A stretch of DNA of 64,000 nt from an uncultured virus (IMG/VR IMGVR_UViG_3300020056_000010). Its lineage: Duplodnaviria; Heunggongvirae; Uroviricota; Caudoviricetes. The position numbers and the translations under genes were made by a program. Positions 56,826 to 64,000 of this stretch are shown in pieces (positions within the stretch are counted from its first letter, which is position 1; every line of letters begins with the position of its first letter). The DNA is taken from IMG/VR virus record IMGVR_UViG_3300020056_000010. One strand, given 5' to 3'. The notes under the pieces are model-generated. The model was given only the letters and a program-made list of their open reading frames with translations, ran no database searches and was not told the origin of the DNA.

Positions 56826-57988
56826 TTCAGTCGCTCAATATATTGACGATACATTTCAATATTTTTAATGCAAATTTGTTCATCAGTACCAAACTCAATC
56901 AGAGCATTGTTTAAATAGTTTCTAAGCTTATCTAAATACTCTGGAGTCTCTTCTTCTACTGCCCAAGGTGCGATATCTTGCGGGGATGTTGTTCCACCCA
57001 TAGGAGCCAAGACATGATAGGCAAAAGAAAGATTTTTTCTATTACAAAATGATACTATTTTAGGCAAAGTCCACACGTTATCTTTACTAATCACAAATGA
57101 ACAACCGACATCAGCAACACCATATGATTGAAGTTCATCTATATGTTTTAAAACCGTTTCTAAATTACCATTTCTTCTTAAATCTTGATATATCTCAGGA
57201 TCAATTGAATCTAATGAAATCGTAAATTCAGTGTTTGGCCTTTGAGCAAATTTTCTTGCGTATCCATTTAAGATACTACCGTTTGTTGTAAATTGAATGC
57301 GAAGATTTTCTGGGTTTTCCTCCTCTACCATCTTAAGAATTTTATGTACTATTCTTTGAGCAAATGGCTCCCCGCCTGTAAAGTTTAATTTATAAACTTC
57401 ATGTATAATTTCACGTAAAGATTCTACGAAAGCATCACCAACTTCTGGATCATCATATATACTTGTAAATCTATGCGCAGTTTCTGGATTCTTCTTTACA
57501 AAATCTTCCATATGTTGAGAAGAATGATATGGACTGCAGAATTTGCATTTATAATTACAAGTATTTGAAAGTTCTAATTCTATATCCCTTGGAACAGGAT
57601 GATTTAAGTCTCTCTCACCACCTACCCAGTCTGCATCTAAACTGCTTGGAGGTTTATCTGCATCGCATTGCTCTTTGCAATACCTGCACCATTCATGCAA
57701 ATCACCCATCATAGAAGCTTGACGAATTTCTTCAAAGCCTTCATCATTTTGCCATAGATCTCTTAAGCTGTCTCCTGGTTTCCATCGTGCCTGATTGGTA
57801 AAAGGATCTTTTTCGTAAGGTGTAGTATCTTTATGCTCTCTTACATGGCGCATAACAAAAGGGCAGACCTTTAAATTGCCTTTCTTATTAATATGAATAG
57901 CTTGAAAAGGCGCCCAACAACTTACTGTTTTATATAAAGCTGGTAGTTCGGGTCTTCTATACTTGTTAATTTTATCGACGTATTTCAT
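56822..57988 (-). CDS. Radical SAM protein with N-terminal SPASM/twitch-like domain
   Basis: CWAPF...VCP...CRYC; CNYKCKFC; GGEPF; TTNG; ISLDS. Confidence 0.9.
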   Translation of the reverse strand: MKYVDKINKYRRPELPALYKTVSCWAPFQAIHINKKGNLKVCPFVMRHVREHKDTTPYEKDPFTNQARWKPGDSLRDLWQNDEGFEEIRQASMMGDLHEWCRYCKEQCDADKPPSSLDADWVGGERDLNHPVPRDIELELSNTCNYKCKFCSPYHSSQHMEDFVKKNPETAHRFTSIYDDPEVGDAFVESLREIIHEVYKLNFTGGEPFAQRIVHKILKMVEEENPENLRIQFTTNGSILNGYARKFAQRPNTEFTISLDSIDPEIYQDLRRNGNLETVLKHIDELQSYGVADVGCSFVISKDNVWTLPKIVSFCNRKNLSFAYHVLAPMGGTTSPQDIAPWAVEEETPEYLDKLRNYLNNALIEFGTDEQICIKNIEMYRQYIERLK

Positions 57989-59184
57989 TTATATTCCTTT
58001 AAATATGGAGCCAACTCATATATGTCTTCGTTATTTTCTCGTGCTACTAAACAAAAATCAATCCATTCAATCATTCTTTTTCTTATTTCCGCAGGAGTTT
58101 TAAACGGATCTATTGTTGTTTCAACACTCATTACATTGTTTAAATTACTTACATGCAGTTTATCACTTACCCAATATGTGTCTGATCTTTTAGTAAACTT
58201 AGATTCTAAATAATCAAATAGATTTTTCTTTCCTTCTTCCTGATGTTGTATTGTTAAGAAGTTAGGTGAACAATACTTTGGAAACGTTACAAGGTTCGCC
58301 ATACTGATACGAGGAACACCTGGCACATCAATAAAATAATCAATGAGTTCTGGAAGATGCATCCAGTTATAAACCGAAACAGTGGATACTACGATAACAT
58401 GCCTGCCTGCATATTTATGATATCGTTTAATGTTGTTTATTGTTTTTTGAAAATTGCCTCCTCGGATCCAATCATACATTTCATGCACACCGTCAATGCT
58501 TGCTTGGACATGAACTTCATCGATGCGATGTAGCAACTCAATTACATAATCAGTAACTAACTGAAAATTAGTGCAAATCTCAACACGGCACTTCGGATTC
58601 GTTTCAGCAAGCTTTTTAAGGATAAGAATATTATTTGGATCGGCAAACGGCTCGCCACCTTTAATCGTAAGATGCTGTAGATGTGGTACTAGATCTAATA
58701 CCTTATCCACATCTTCTTTCGTCATCTTATACATTTCAGTATGAAACTTGTGGTTCTCATCTCGCCAAGTAAGGCCAGATTCTACAGCCATTTTCTCATA
58801 TGGCGCCCATTTAGAACTATACTTACCAGAGCAAGTAACACACATCTGGTTACAAATATTGCTCGTAGTAATTTCCAAAAATCGAATCGGAGTAATTGGC
58901 GCGTCTTTATCTTCTTCATATGTTGGAAAAATAAAGCGATTATAAGAATCGAAACGGGCTATACGACCAGCTTCCCAGTGTACCTTACACACGTTACATT
59001 GTTTTGGAAAGTTACCTTCTTTAAAATCTTTACGAAGCTTATCATAAACTTCACCATTAAAGAACTCAGTAAGATCAGGAACGTCTTTAATATGAGATAT
59101 AGCTGTGTTGTCCCCAGCACAACATAGAACTATTTCGCCAATAGGATTAATTGTTATTCCTGTTTCAGGCACCATGCATTTCAT
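57985..59184 (-). CDS. Radical SAM protein with N-terminal SPASM/twitch-like domain
   Basis: C...LCC...CNVC; CNQMCVTC; GGEPF; ASIDG..YDWIRG. Confidence 0.9.
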   Translation of the reverse strand: MKCMVPETGITINPIGEIVLCCAGDNTAISHIKDVPDLTEFFNGEVYDKLRKDFKEGNFPKQCNVCKVHWEAGRIARFDSYNRFIFPTYEEDKDAPITPIRFLEITTSNICNQMCVTCSGKYSSKWAPYEKMAVESGLTWRDENHKFHTEMYKMTKEDVDKVLDLVPHLQHLTIKGGEPFADPNNILILKKLAETNPKCRVEICTNFQLVTDYVIELLHRIDEVHVQASIDGVHEMYDWIRGGNFQKTINNIKRYHKYAGRHVIVVSTVSVYNWMHLPELIDYFIDVPGVPRISMANLVTFPKYCSPNFLTIQHQEEGKKNLFDYLESKFTKRSDTYWVSDKLHVSNLNNVMSVETTIDPFKTPAEIRKRMIEWIDFCLVARENNEDIYELAPYLKEYK

Positions 59185-59201
59185 AATATAACTCTATAAG
59201 A

Positions 59202-59762
59202 TTATTTAATTAAACTGTCGATTATCGCCAAGCCTTCGGTAATTCTAGTTGATTTTCTAATTTTTGATTTAATGTCTTTATCAGCTTCTTTTACTACATC
59301 AAGTTCTAAAGCCCATAACTTAAACTTAAACAGCTCTTCTTTACTTTCATTATCTTGCCAAAGAATTTGAAAGAACCCAGTGTCAATCTCATTCTTTTTG
59401 ATCTTAACTTGTTTGTCTAAATTGAGTAGAGTTGACTCTTTATCAGAAACTTTCTTTTCAAGTTCTTCTTTTTGATCTTGAAGAACCTTCAGACCTAGCA
59501 TTTCACGAGCAAGTTCTTTCGCTGCGAGATTGATTTGTATGTTATGTGCTTTTGATTCTGCTTTTAATCTATCAACAGTATCATTCAAAATTTTATCGTG
59601 ATCCCAACCTTCTTCCATCAATGCTTGATAGTCTGGATTGTTTTCATCATTTGGAAACGAATAAGGAAAAAGCTTTTCATCTTCCTCATATAGTACTTTA
59701 ATAATAGTGCGCTCTGTGTTAGCATACTGAGCACTCACTATTCTTCCGCTAAAATCTGCCAT
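59202..59762 (-). CDS. Hypothetical protein with coiled coil
   Basis: 186 aa, AAGGAG SD, within the operon. Confidence 0.7.
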   Translation of the reverse strand: MADFSGRIVSAQYANTERTIIKVLYEEDEKLFPYSFPNDENNPDYQALMEEGWDHDKILNDTVDRLKAESKAHNIQINLAAKELAREMLGLKVLQDQKEELEKKVSDKESTLLNLDKQVKIKKNEIDTGFFQILWQDNESKEELFKFKLWALELDVVKEADKDIKSKIRKSTRITEGLAIIDSLIK

Positions 59763-59773
59763 TTATTTACTCC

Positions 59774-61747
59774 TTATGCTGTGCCGGCGTATTGGAATTT
59801 ATAATAACCGGTATCAATAATATTTGATCCTGCAGCATCACTTGCAATTTCAATTTTATATGTTAGATACTGCCCAGTACCATATGATGTAAGGGTTCGA
59901 GAATCAGCAAACAAAAACTCAACAGAATTGGCTGCTGTAGCACCTGGCTGTAATATATGCCACGTATTCATTGCATCGCCTTGTTGTGTTATGGTGCCAG
60001 TGCTTGTTCCACTATCAACTGTTCCACGAACATAATAAGTACCAGCAAAATAGTTTGAGAAATTGATATCACTATTGGTTGCCGAATTCCTATAGTCTGA
60101 CCAGTTTTGCATTGTTGTAGCAGACCAACTCGTGCCGCCGCCATAGTCATTTCCGTGTTCAACTTTACCGGATATGTTAACCCCTGTAGCTAGTCTAAAT
60201 CCATGTTTAGTTCCATGCGTTTGTTCGGCTGGGTTTGTTTTTGGAGTTCCTTGTGTACCTTCTAATCTTATATTATCGCCTTCTAATTGATTATGGTAGT
60301 AACCTGTTGAAACAATATTACTACCTCCGCTATCAGTTGCAATTTCAATTTTCCATCTATGGAATTTTGTATTATAAACGGGTGGGTTTGCAGTATCTGT
60401 AATATTCCAAGAACGTGATGTTGTATTATCTAAAGTTAACCAAGTATTTAAGCTATCTCCTGAAGTTGTCAGACCGCTATTAGAGTCAATGGTTGCTCTA
60501 ATATACCATGTTTGTGTTGGTCCAGAATTAACCCAATCGGCGTGGTTATTAGCGCTATATTCAGGAGTTCTAGTAGAATCCCGATCTTCAACAGTAGCAT
60601 CGCTGTTAAATCTCCATCCAAGTGTAATGTTGTTAGTATCTTTTTGTGCATAACCATTAACGTGTTCAGTTGTTTCAGGCACTGATTGAGTCCCTTCAAG
60701 AGATGTGGTTTCAGCAGCTGAAGGTATACCTTGATAAATCTTAAATGATTGGCTTTGTACAACCGTTGTGGTACCAGTTGGAAATTCTTGTGTACGATAA
60801 TCGTTAGTGTTAACATAAAGCTGTTGATAGTTACCACCGCCTCCAGCACTTCCGTCTGGAGTACGACGTTCGTCTATATACAGTGCACCATTTAGAACAC
60901 CATCAGATCCGTCTACATTATATGAGAGTTGATACTGACCAGCAGAGTTTGAAGACAGATAGTATCTCAAAAATTTATTCATAAGAGTTGACCAAGACCC
61001 TGGAGTATGGGCATTGATTCTATTGTTTGCAAAATCCCAATATATTGGAAGTTGGTCATAAATTTCTGGATAGGAAGCTGCAGGATAATCTACTTTTGCT
61101 AGATAATAATTCGTATCGATAGTTTGTTCTACTGCTTCCGGAATACCTGAGGCTGTATAAGCTGCCGTATCTGATACTTTGTTTATTGCTATGGGTGTAG
61201 TACTGACAAGTGAAGCATTAGCTGGCGATGCTGACGTGGTAATGAAATACGTTCCGCCTTTTGCAGCAGTCTGTCCACCGCCACCAAACTGAGTTAAAAC
61301 CGGAGCCACAAAAGTATCATAGAAGTCTGAAATTGTCATAGCTCGCAAGTGAGTATTGATATCTTCACCTTCTTCACCGTCTGGATTATACAAGTATAAA
61401 GGATACTCGTGATTATTTGCATCTCCAGAAGGCGCTGATACGGCATCTGTTACTTGACGAATACGTGAATAGTTCTCAGTAGTGAGTACAATATCTGCTG
61501 TTTCTGCTTCAGTTGCAAATCTATCAACACGAGTACTATAAGCACCGGCTACATAAAATGTATCTACGAAAGGCTGTCCTGAAATGACTGAGCCGTTTGA
61601 GCCTTGTACTTCTAGTGATGGATTAGGATCTTGAGCAAAGGCATATCCTGCAAACTCATGAAGAGCTGTCATATATGTTGAATCGCCTTCTGCAATTTGG
61701 TTCGTACCTGATGCGTCTGATAAGAAAAGTGGTGATCTTACTGCCAT
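59774..61747 (-). CDS. Putative virion structural protein with duplicated C-terminal domain
   Basis: Ser/Thr/Gly-rich; NDYRTQEFP motif; two repeats LEGTQ...NTW...KIEIA.D..GSNI..TGYY. Confidence 0.65.
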   Translation of the reverse strand: MAVRSPLFLSDASGTNQIAEGDSTYMTALHEFAGYAFAQDPNPSLEVQGSNGSVISGQPFVDTFYVAGAYSTRVDRFATEAETADIVLTTENYSRIRQVTDAVSAPSGDANNHEYPLYLYNPDGEEGEDINTHLRAMTISDFYDTFVAPVLTQFGGGGQTAAKGGTYFITTSASPANASLVSTTPIAINKVSDTAAYTASGIPEAVEQTIDTNYYLAKVDYPAASYPEIYDQLPIYWDFANNRINAHTPGSWSTLMNKFLRYYLSSNSAGQYQLSYNVDGSDGVLNGALYIDERRTPDGSAGGGGNYQQLYVNTNDYRTQEFPTGTTTVVQSQSFKIYQGIPSAAETTSLEGTQSVPETTEHVNGYAQKDTNNITLGWRFNSDATVEDRDSTRTPEYSANNHADWVNSGPTQTWYIRATIDSNSGLTTSGDSLNTWLTLDNTTSRSWNITDTANPPVYNTKFHRWKIEIATDSGGSNIVSTGYYHNQLEGDNIRLEGTQGTPKTNPAEQTHGTKHGFRLATGVNISGKVEHGNDYGGGTSWSATTMQNWSDYRNSATNSDINFSNYFAGTYYVRGTVDSGTSTGTITQQGDAMNTWHILQPGATAANSVEFLFADSRTLTSYGTGQYLTYKIEIASDAAGSNIIDTGYYKFQYAGTA

Positions 61748-61757
61748 AACAAAACTC

Positions 61758-61976
61758 CTATACTATTGCCTGGATACCAGGCGTAACAGCAAAGTACCAA
61801 GTTTTAGTTACACTACCAGAAGAATCATAAATTTTAAGGGTATGATTCTGCATACGAATTCCCATTGCTATGGAAGATGCAGATGTTGCATCAGTGTTTG
61901 CAATATTTAATAAATGTCGGCTATCATTAATAACCTCACCACTGAATGTGGTGTTCGCAGAAACTCTAAGTACCAT
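61758..61976 (-). CDS. Small putative structural protein (paralogue of the adjacent gene)
   Basis: VINDSRHLLNIANTD...LKIYDSSG; AGGAG SD. Confidence 0.65.
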   Translation of the reverse strand: MVLRVSANTTFSGEVINDSRHLLNIANTDATSASSIAMGIRMQNHTLKIYDSSGSVTKTWYFAVTPGIQAIV

Positions 61977-61985
61977 GATCTACTC

Positions 61986-62171
61986 CTATGTTACAGCAGC
62001 AGCGTATAGCGTACGTACTTCTGTCCCGGTAGAATCATATATTCTTAGAACGTTATCTTGAATTGCCACCGCATAATTGATAGATCCGCGTGTTGTGAGA
62101 TCTGTATTGGCGATGTTTTGTAGGACAAGTGAATTTGTTATCACTGTCGTTGTGCTTACTTTAATTGCCAT
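61986..62171 (-). CDS. Small putative structural protein
   Basis: MAIKVSTTTVITNSLVLQNIANTD...LRIYDSTG; start ATG 62171 with AAGGAG SD. Confidence 0.65.
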   Translation of the reverse strand: MAIKVSTTTVITNSLVLQNIANTDLTTRGSINYAVAIQDNVLRIYDSTGTEVRTLYAAAVT

Positions 62172-62197
62172 CTTCAACTCCTTTGGGTTTCAGGCTA

Positions 62198-62395
62198 CTA
62201 TCCACGGTCGTATCGGCGTAATCTCTCCTCTCGACCTATTCTCTTACCATAACCAAGATCTTTCATAATTCTCATACGCTCTTCTTCAGCGTAATTAGAC
62301 CATTCAGAGATCTGTTCTTTCGTTCTACCACAGCCTATGCAATAACCCTTAGAAGGATCAATATAACAGATAGACATGCATGGTGTTACGTACAT
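62198..62395 (-). CDS. DUF1289-family small Cys-rich protein
   Basis: TPCMSIC.....GYCIGCGRTKEQISEW pattern. Confidence 0.8.
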   Translation of the reverse strand: MYVTPCMSICYIDPSKGYCIGCGRTKEQISEWSNYAEEERMRIMKDLGYGKRIGREERLRRYDRG

Positions 62396-62413
62396 TATCG
62401 ACCTCTTTATTTT

Positions 62414-62427
62414 CTATTTATAAATAG
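62414..62427. promoter_or_regulatory. Palindromic bidirectional T4-type late promoter
   Basis: CTATTTATAAATAG is a perfect 14-bp palindrome with TATAAATA on both strands, between divergent genes. Confidence 0.7.
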
Positions 62428-62478
62428 TATTGTGAACTCTTCGGCATGAATTTGAACTTAATTATATAGGAGATTAAG

Positions 62479-62790
62479 ATGGCTGAAGACAACGGTTACC
62501 ATCCAGCGGATACAAACGGCGACGGTGTTGTAGATGATATCGAACGCGAAATGTATCTTGAATTTAAAAGAAAAGAATTAGAAGACAAGGACGCACAGCG
62601 TGATGCAATGCGTGGGATGACTTGGTTTGCTTTATTCGGCATGCTACTTTATCCATTTGCAATTGTCTTAACATCATATTTTGGACTAGATACTGCAGCA
62701 GGAATCGTTGGTGATATTGCACCGACATATTTTGTTGCTATTTCTGCTTTGGTTGCAGCATTCTTTGGTGCTGACGCTATCCGTAAGTAG
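62479..62790 (+). CDS. Small two-TM membrane protein with an EF-hand-like loop (holin candidate)
   Basis: DTNGDGVVDDIE fits the DxDxDG...E Ca-binding loop; two hydrophobic helices; AGGAG SD. Confidence 0.6.
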   Translation: MAEDNGYHPADTNGDGVVDDIEREMYLEFKRKELEDKDAQRDAMRGMTWFALFGMLLYPFAIVLTSYFGLDTAAGIVGDIAPTYFVAISALVAAFFGADAIRK

Positions 62791-62796
62791 ATAAAT

Positions 62797-62829
62797 CAAA
62801 AGGGAGGCCTTCCTAGGTGCCTCCCTTTC
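62797..62829. terminator. Bidirectional intrinsic terminator
   Basis: AAAAGGGAGGC-N10-GCCTCCCTTT stem with T-tracts on both strands. Confidence 0.8.
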
Positions 62830-63193
62830 TATCTGTTTGTTTCGATGTACAGCACCCGGCTAGCTTTCCATTCGGTACTAGCGACTCACCGACCATCCAA
62901 AAGCTGCAGACTTATGGATGGATTTTTTTGGGTACGTTCGCGTAATTGCAGGCTTTCCCCGTGCGCCATAAGTAACGAGGACTGAGTTCTTACTGCCTGG
63001 TCGAGTTTTCCTCAGTCCTCGCTAATTCTGGTTTTCACGTCACCGGTATTTCACGGGCGGTATATTCACCAGAATGTTCTTGCCCGACCTTGTTTACTCA
63101 CGACGCGCAGGCTACGTCAGGCAATATATCTCTTTAATCCATTTTTGCCACTTTAGCGGCTGAGGGTTTGGAACCTCTCAATATTGCCTTGAT
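62798..63193 (-). ncRNA. Candidate large structured non-coding RNA (~390 nt), class not recognised
   Basis: No ORF >=60 aa; GC-richer than the flanks; many inverted repeats and two potential pseudoknots; bounded by a sigma70 promoter and a terminator. Confidence 0.65.
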
Positions 63194-63199
63194 ACTATT

Positions 63200-63227
63200 A
63201 ATATATACTTTTTCTAGTAAATGTCAA
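63200..63227 (-). promoter_or_regulatory. sigma70-type promoter driving the candidate ncRNA
   Basis: AAAAGGG-TTGACA-N16-TATATT, the same family as the early promoters at 46244 and 47156, with no downstream ORF. Confidence 0.7.
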
Positions 63228-63247
63228 CCCTTTTATTGAATTTTTTT

Positions 63248-63448
63248 TCAAATTTCTTCTACCGTTACCTTATACAACTTACCGTTGAAGTCTTCCATAG
63301 TAATGGTTTTCTTCGTTGACAGCATGTAACCATCGATAGGATGCAAATCCATTTTTACTCTACCAACCTGAGTAATCTTATTTTCTGGTTTATCATTGTT
63401 GAAAGCGGTACTGATCACGTGTGCGATATAGTCGCAATAAGCCAACAT
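63248..63448 (-). CDS. Hypothetical protein
   Basis: 66-aa ORF with GAGGA SD. Confidence 0.65.
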   Translation of the reverse strand: MLAYCDYIAHVISTAFNNDKPENKITQVGRVKMDLHPIDGYMLSTKKTITMEDFNGKLYKVTVEEI

Positions 63449-63462
63449 AACAAAAATTCCTC

Positions 63463-63675
63463 TTAACGCATTGTAGCGTTATCTACATAGACTCCATCGT
63501 CGTTTTCGCCGACATAAACGCGGTTGATATTTGAACCATATGCTATCTTATAAACCCACTCGCCACTGGCATTGCGGATATCGTCGGTAACACATACAGT
63601 AACGGGATCTCCATCCCAGCCTTGATCTGCTAGGAGGGTGTTCATTTGTTCAACTGTAATATTTGCAGGATCCAT
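63463..63675 (-). CDS. Hypothetical protein
   Basis: 70-aa ORF with GAGG SD. Confidence 0.65.
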   Translation of the reverse strand: MDPANITVEQMNTLLADQGWDGDPVTVCVTDDIRNASGEWVYKIAYGSNINRVYVGENDDGVYVDNATMR

Positions 63676-63888
63676 TTAAGCCTCTTTCATATATTCTACG
63701 ATAAGTTGCAGATCTTCTTTGGAAAAATCTGATTTACGAGTACCCCAAGTAGCGCCGAAGCGAGTAAGCTTGTCACCGACAACTGCAAGATGATTAGATT
63801 TTGCATCATCTTTTTCTGTGGCTGCACAGTTCATCATGTAACGACCGATAACACCAAGCTTTTTCTGGTTAGGAGTAGTTTCCATCAT
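63676..63888 (-). CDS. Hypothetical early protein
   Basis: Start reassigned to ATG 63888 (MMETTPNQKK) with GAGGA SD; the track's TTG start is the promoter -35 box. Confidence 0.7.
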   Translation of the reverse strand: MMETTPNQKKLGVIGRYMMNCAATEKDDAKSNHLAVVGDKLTRFGATWGTRKSDFSKEDLQLIVEYMKEA

Positions 63889-63916
63889 ATTTATATTCCT
63901 CATTGATTGTAGAACT

Positions 63917-63945
63917 ATTATATCAAAGTTTGAAAGAGCTGTCAA
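63917..63945 (-). promoter_or_regulatory. sigma70-type early promoter
   Basis: AAAAAAAGGG-TTGACA-N17-TATAAT with an extended -10 TG. Confidence 0.8.
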
Positions 63946-64000
63946 CCCTTTTTTTGAAAAAACTTTACGAAATCTAAAAATAATTCGTAAGCTACTTCCT

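Noticed and set aside
47285..59184. Host-derived contamination or chimeric assembly of the enzyme island
   Set aside because: The genes are tightly coupled to phage structural genes and flanked by T4 late promoters; the island looks somewhat more AT-rich but shows no mobile-element ends.
62798..63193. tmRNA or RNase P RNA identity for the structured non-coding region
   Set aside because: Size and pseudoknots are suggestive, but there is no tRNA-like acceptor/T-arm ending in CCA, no plausible tag reading frame, and no GAGGAAAGUCC P4 motif (only GAGGAAAACUC).
63889..63945. N-terminal extension of the last ORF from a TTG start
   Set aside because: That TTG is the -35 box of a consensus promoter; a better ATG with an SD lies at 63888.
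1..64000. tRNA genes, CRISPR arrays, integrase/transposase, reverse transcriptase or DGR
   Set aside because: No cloverleaf, regularly spaced repeat array, recombinase or RT motif was seen by eye; a tRNAscan/CRISPR scan would be needed to exclude them formally.

Overview
This is a 64-kb segment of a large T4-like myovirus genome, AT-rich and probably from a phage of an aquatic proteobacterium (host is inferred). Left to right there are five blocks. (i) 1-32.8 kb, tail/baseplate module: a giant fibre-like ORF running off the left edge, a glycine-rich adhesin paired with a peptidase-S74 fibre, a VrlC/DUF4815-like protein, gp8, a subtilase, gp9/10-like, gp7-like, gp6, gp25, an M15 peptidase fusion, gp5 with a C-terminal lysozyme, gp27-like, a split gp53, gp48, gp4, gp2, gp54, gp26/gp51 joined by a -1 slippery site, and a tape-measure-like gene. 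(ii) 32.8-37.7 kb: hsp20 with a ROSE-type thermometer, a pseudo-dUTPase, regA, and gp62/44/45. (iii) 37.7-45.4 kb, a DNA-modification cluster: dCMP hydroxymethylase, dCMP deaminase, UDG-like protein, BGT-like glycosyltransferase, UDP-galactopyranose mutase, an atypical C5-MTase, DexA and a GT-A glycosyltransferase, suggesting furanose-glycosylated hmC. (iv) 45.5-47.2 kb: small early genes behind repeated sigma70-type promoters. (v) 47.3-62.4 kb, a tailoring-enzyme island: 2OG/TauD oxygenases, SGNH, desaturase, glycosyltransferases, a methyltransferase and three radical SAM enzymes, downstream of structural genes and a T4 late promoter. Near the right end, a ~400-nt ORF-free, highly structured region (62.8-63.2 kb) has its own promoter and terminator and is a candidate large non-coding RNA. 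All assignments come from motif recognition by eye; no database searches were run.
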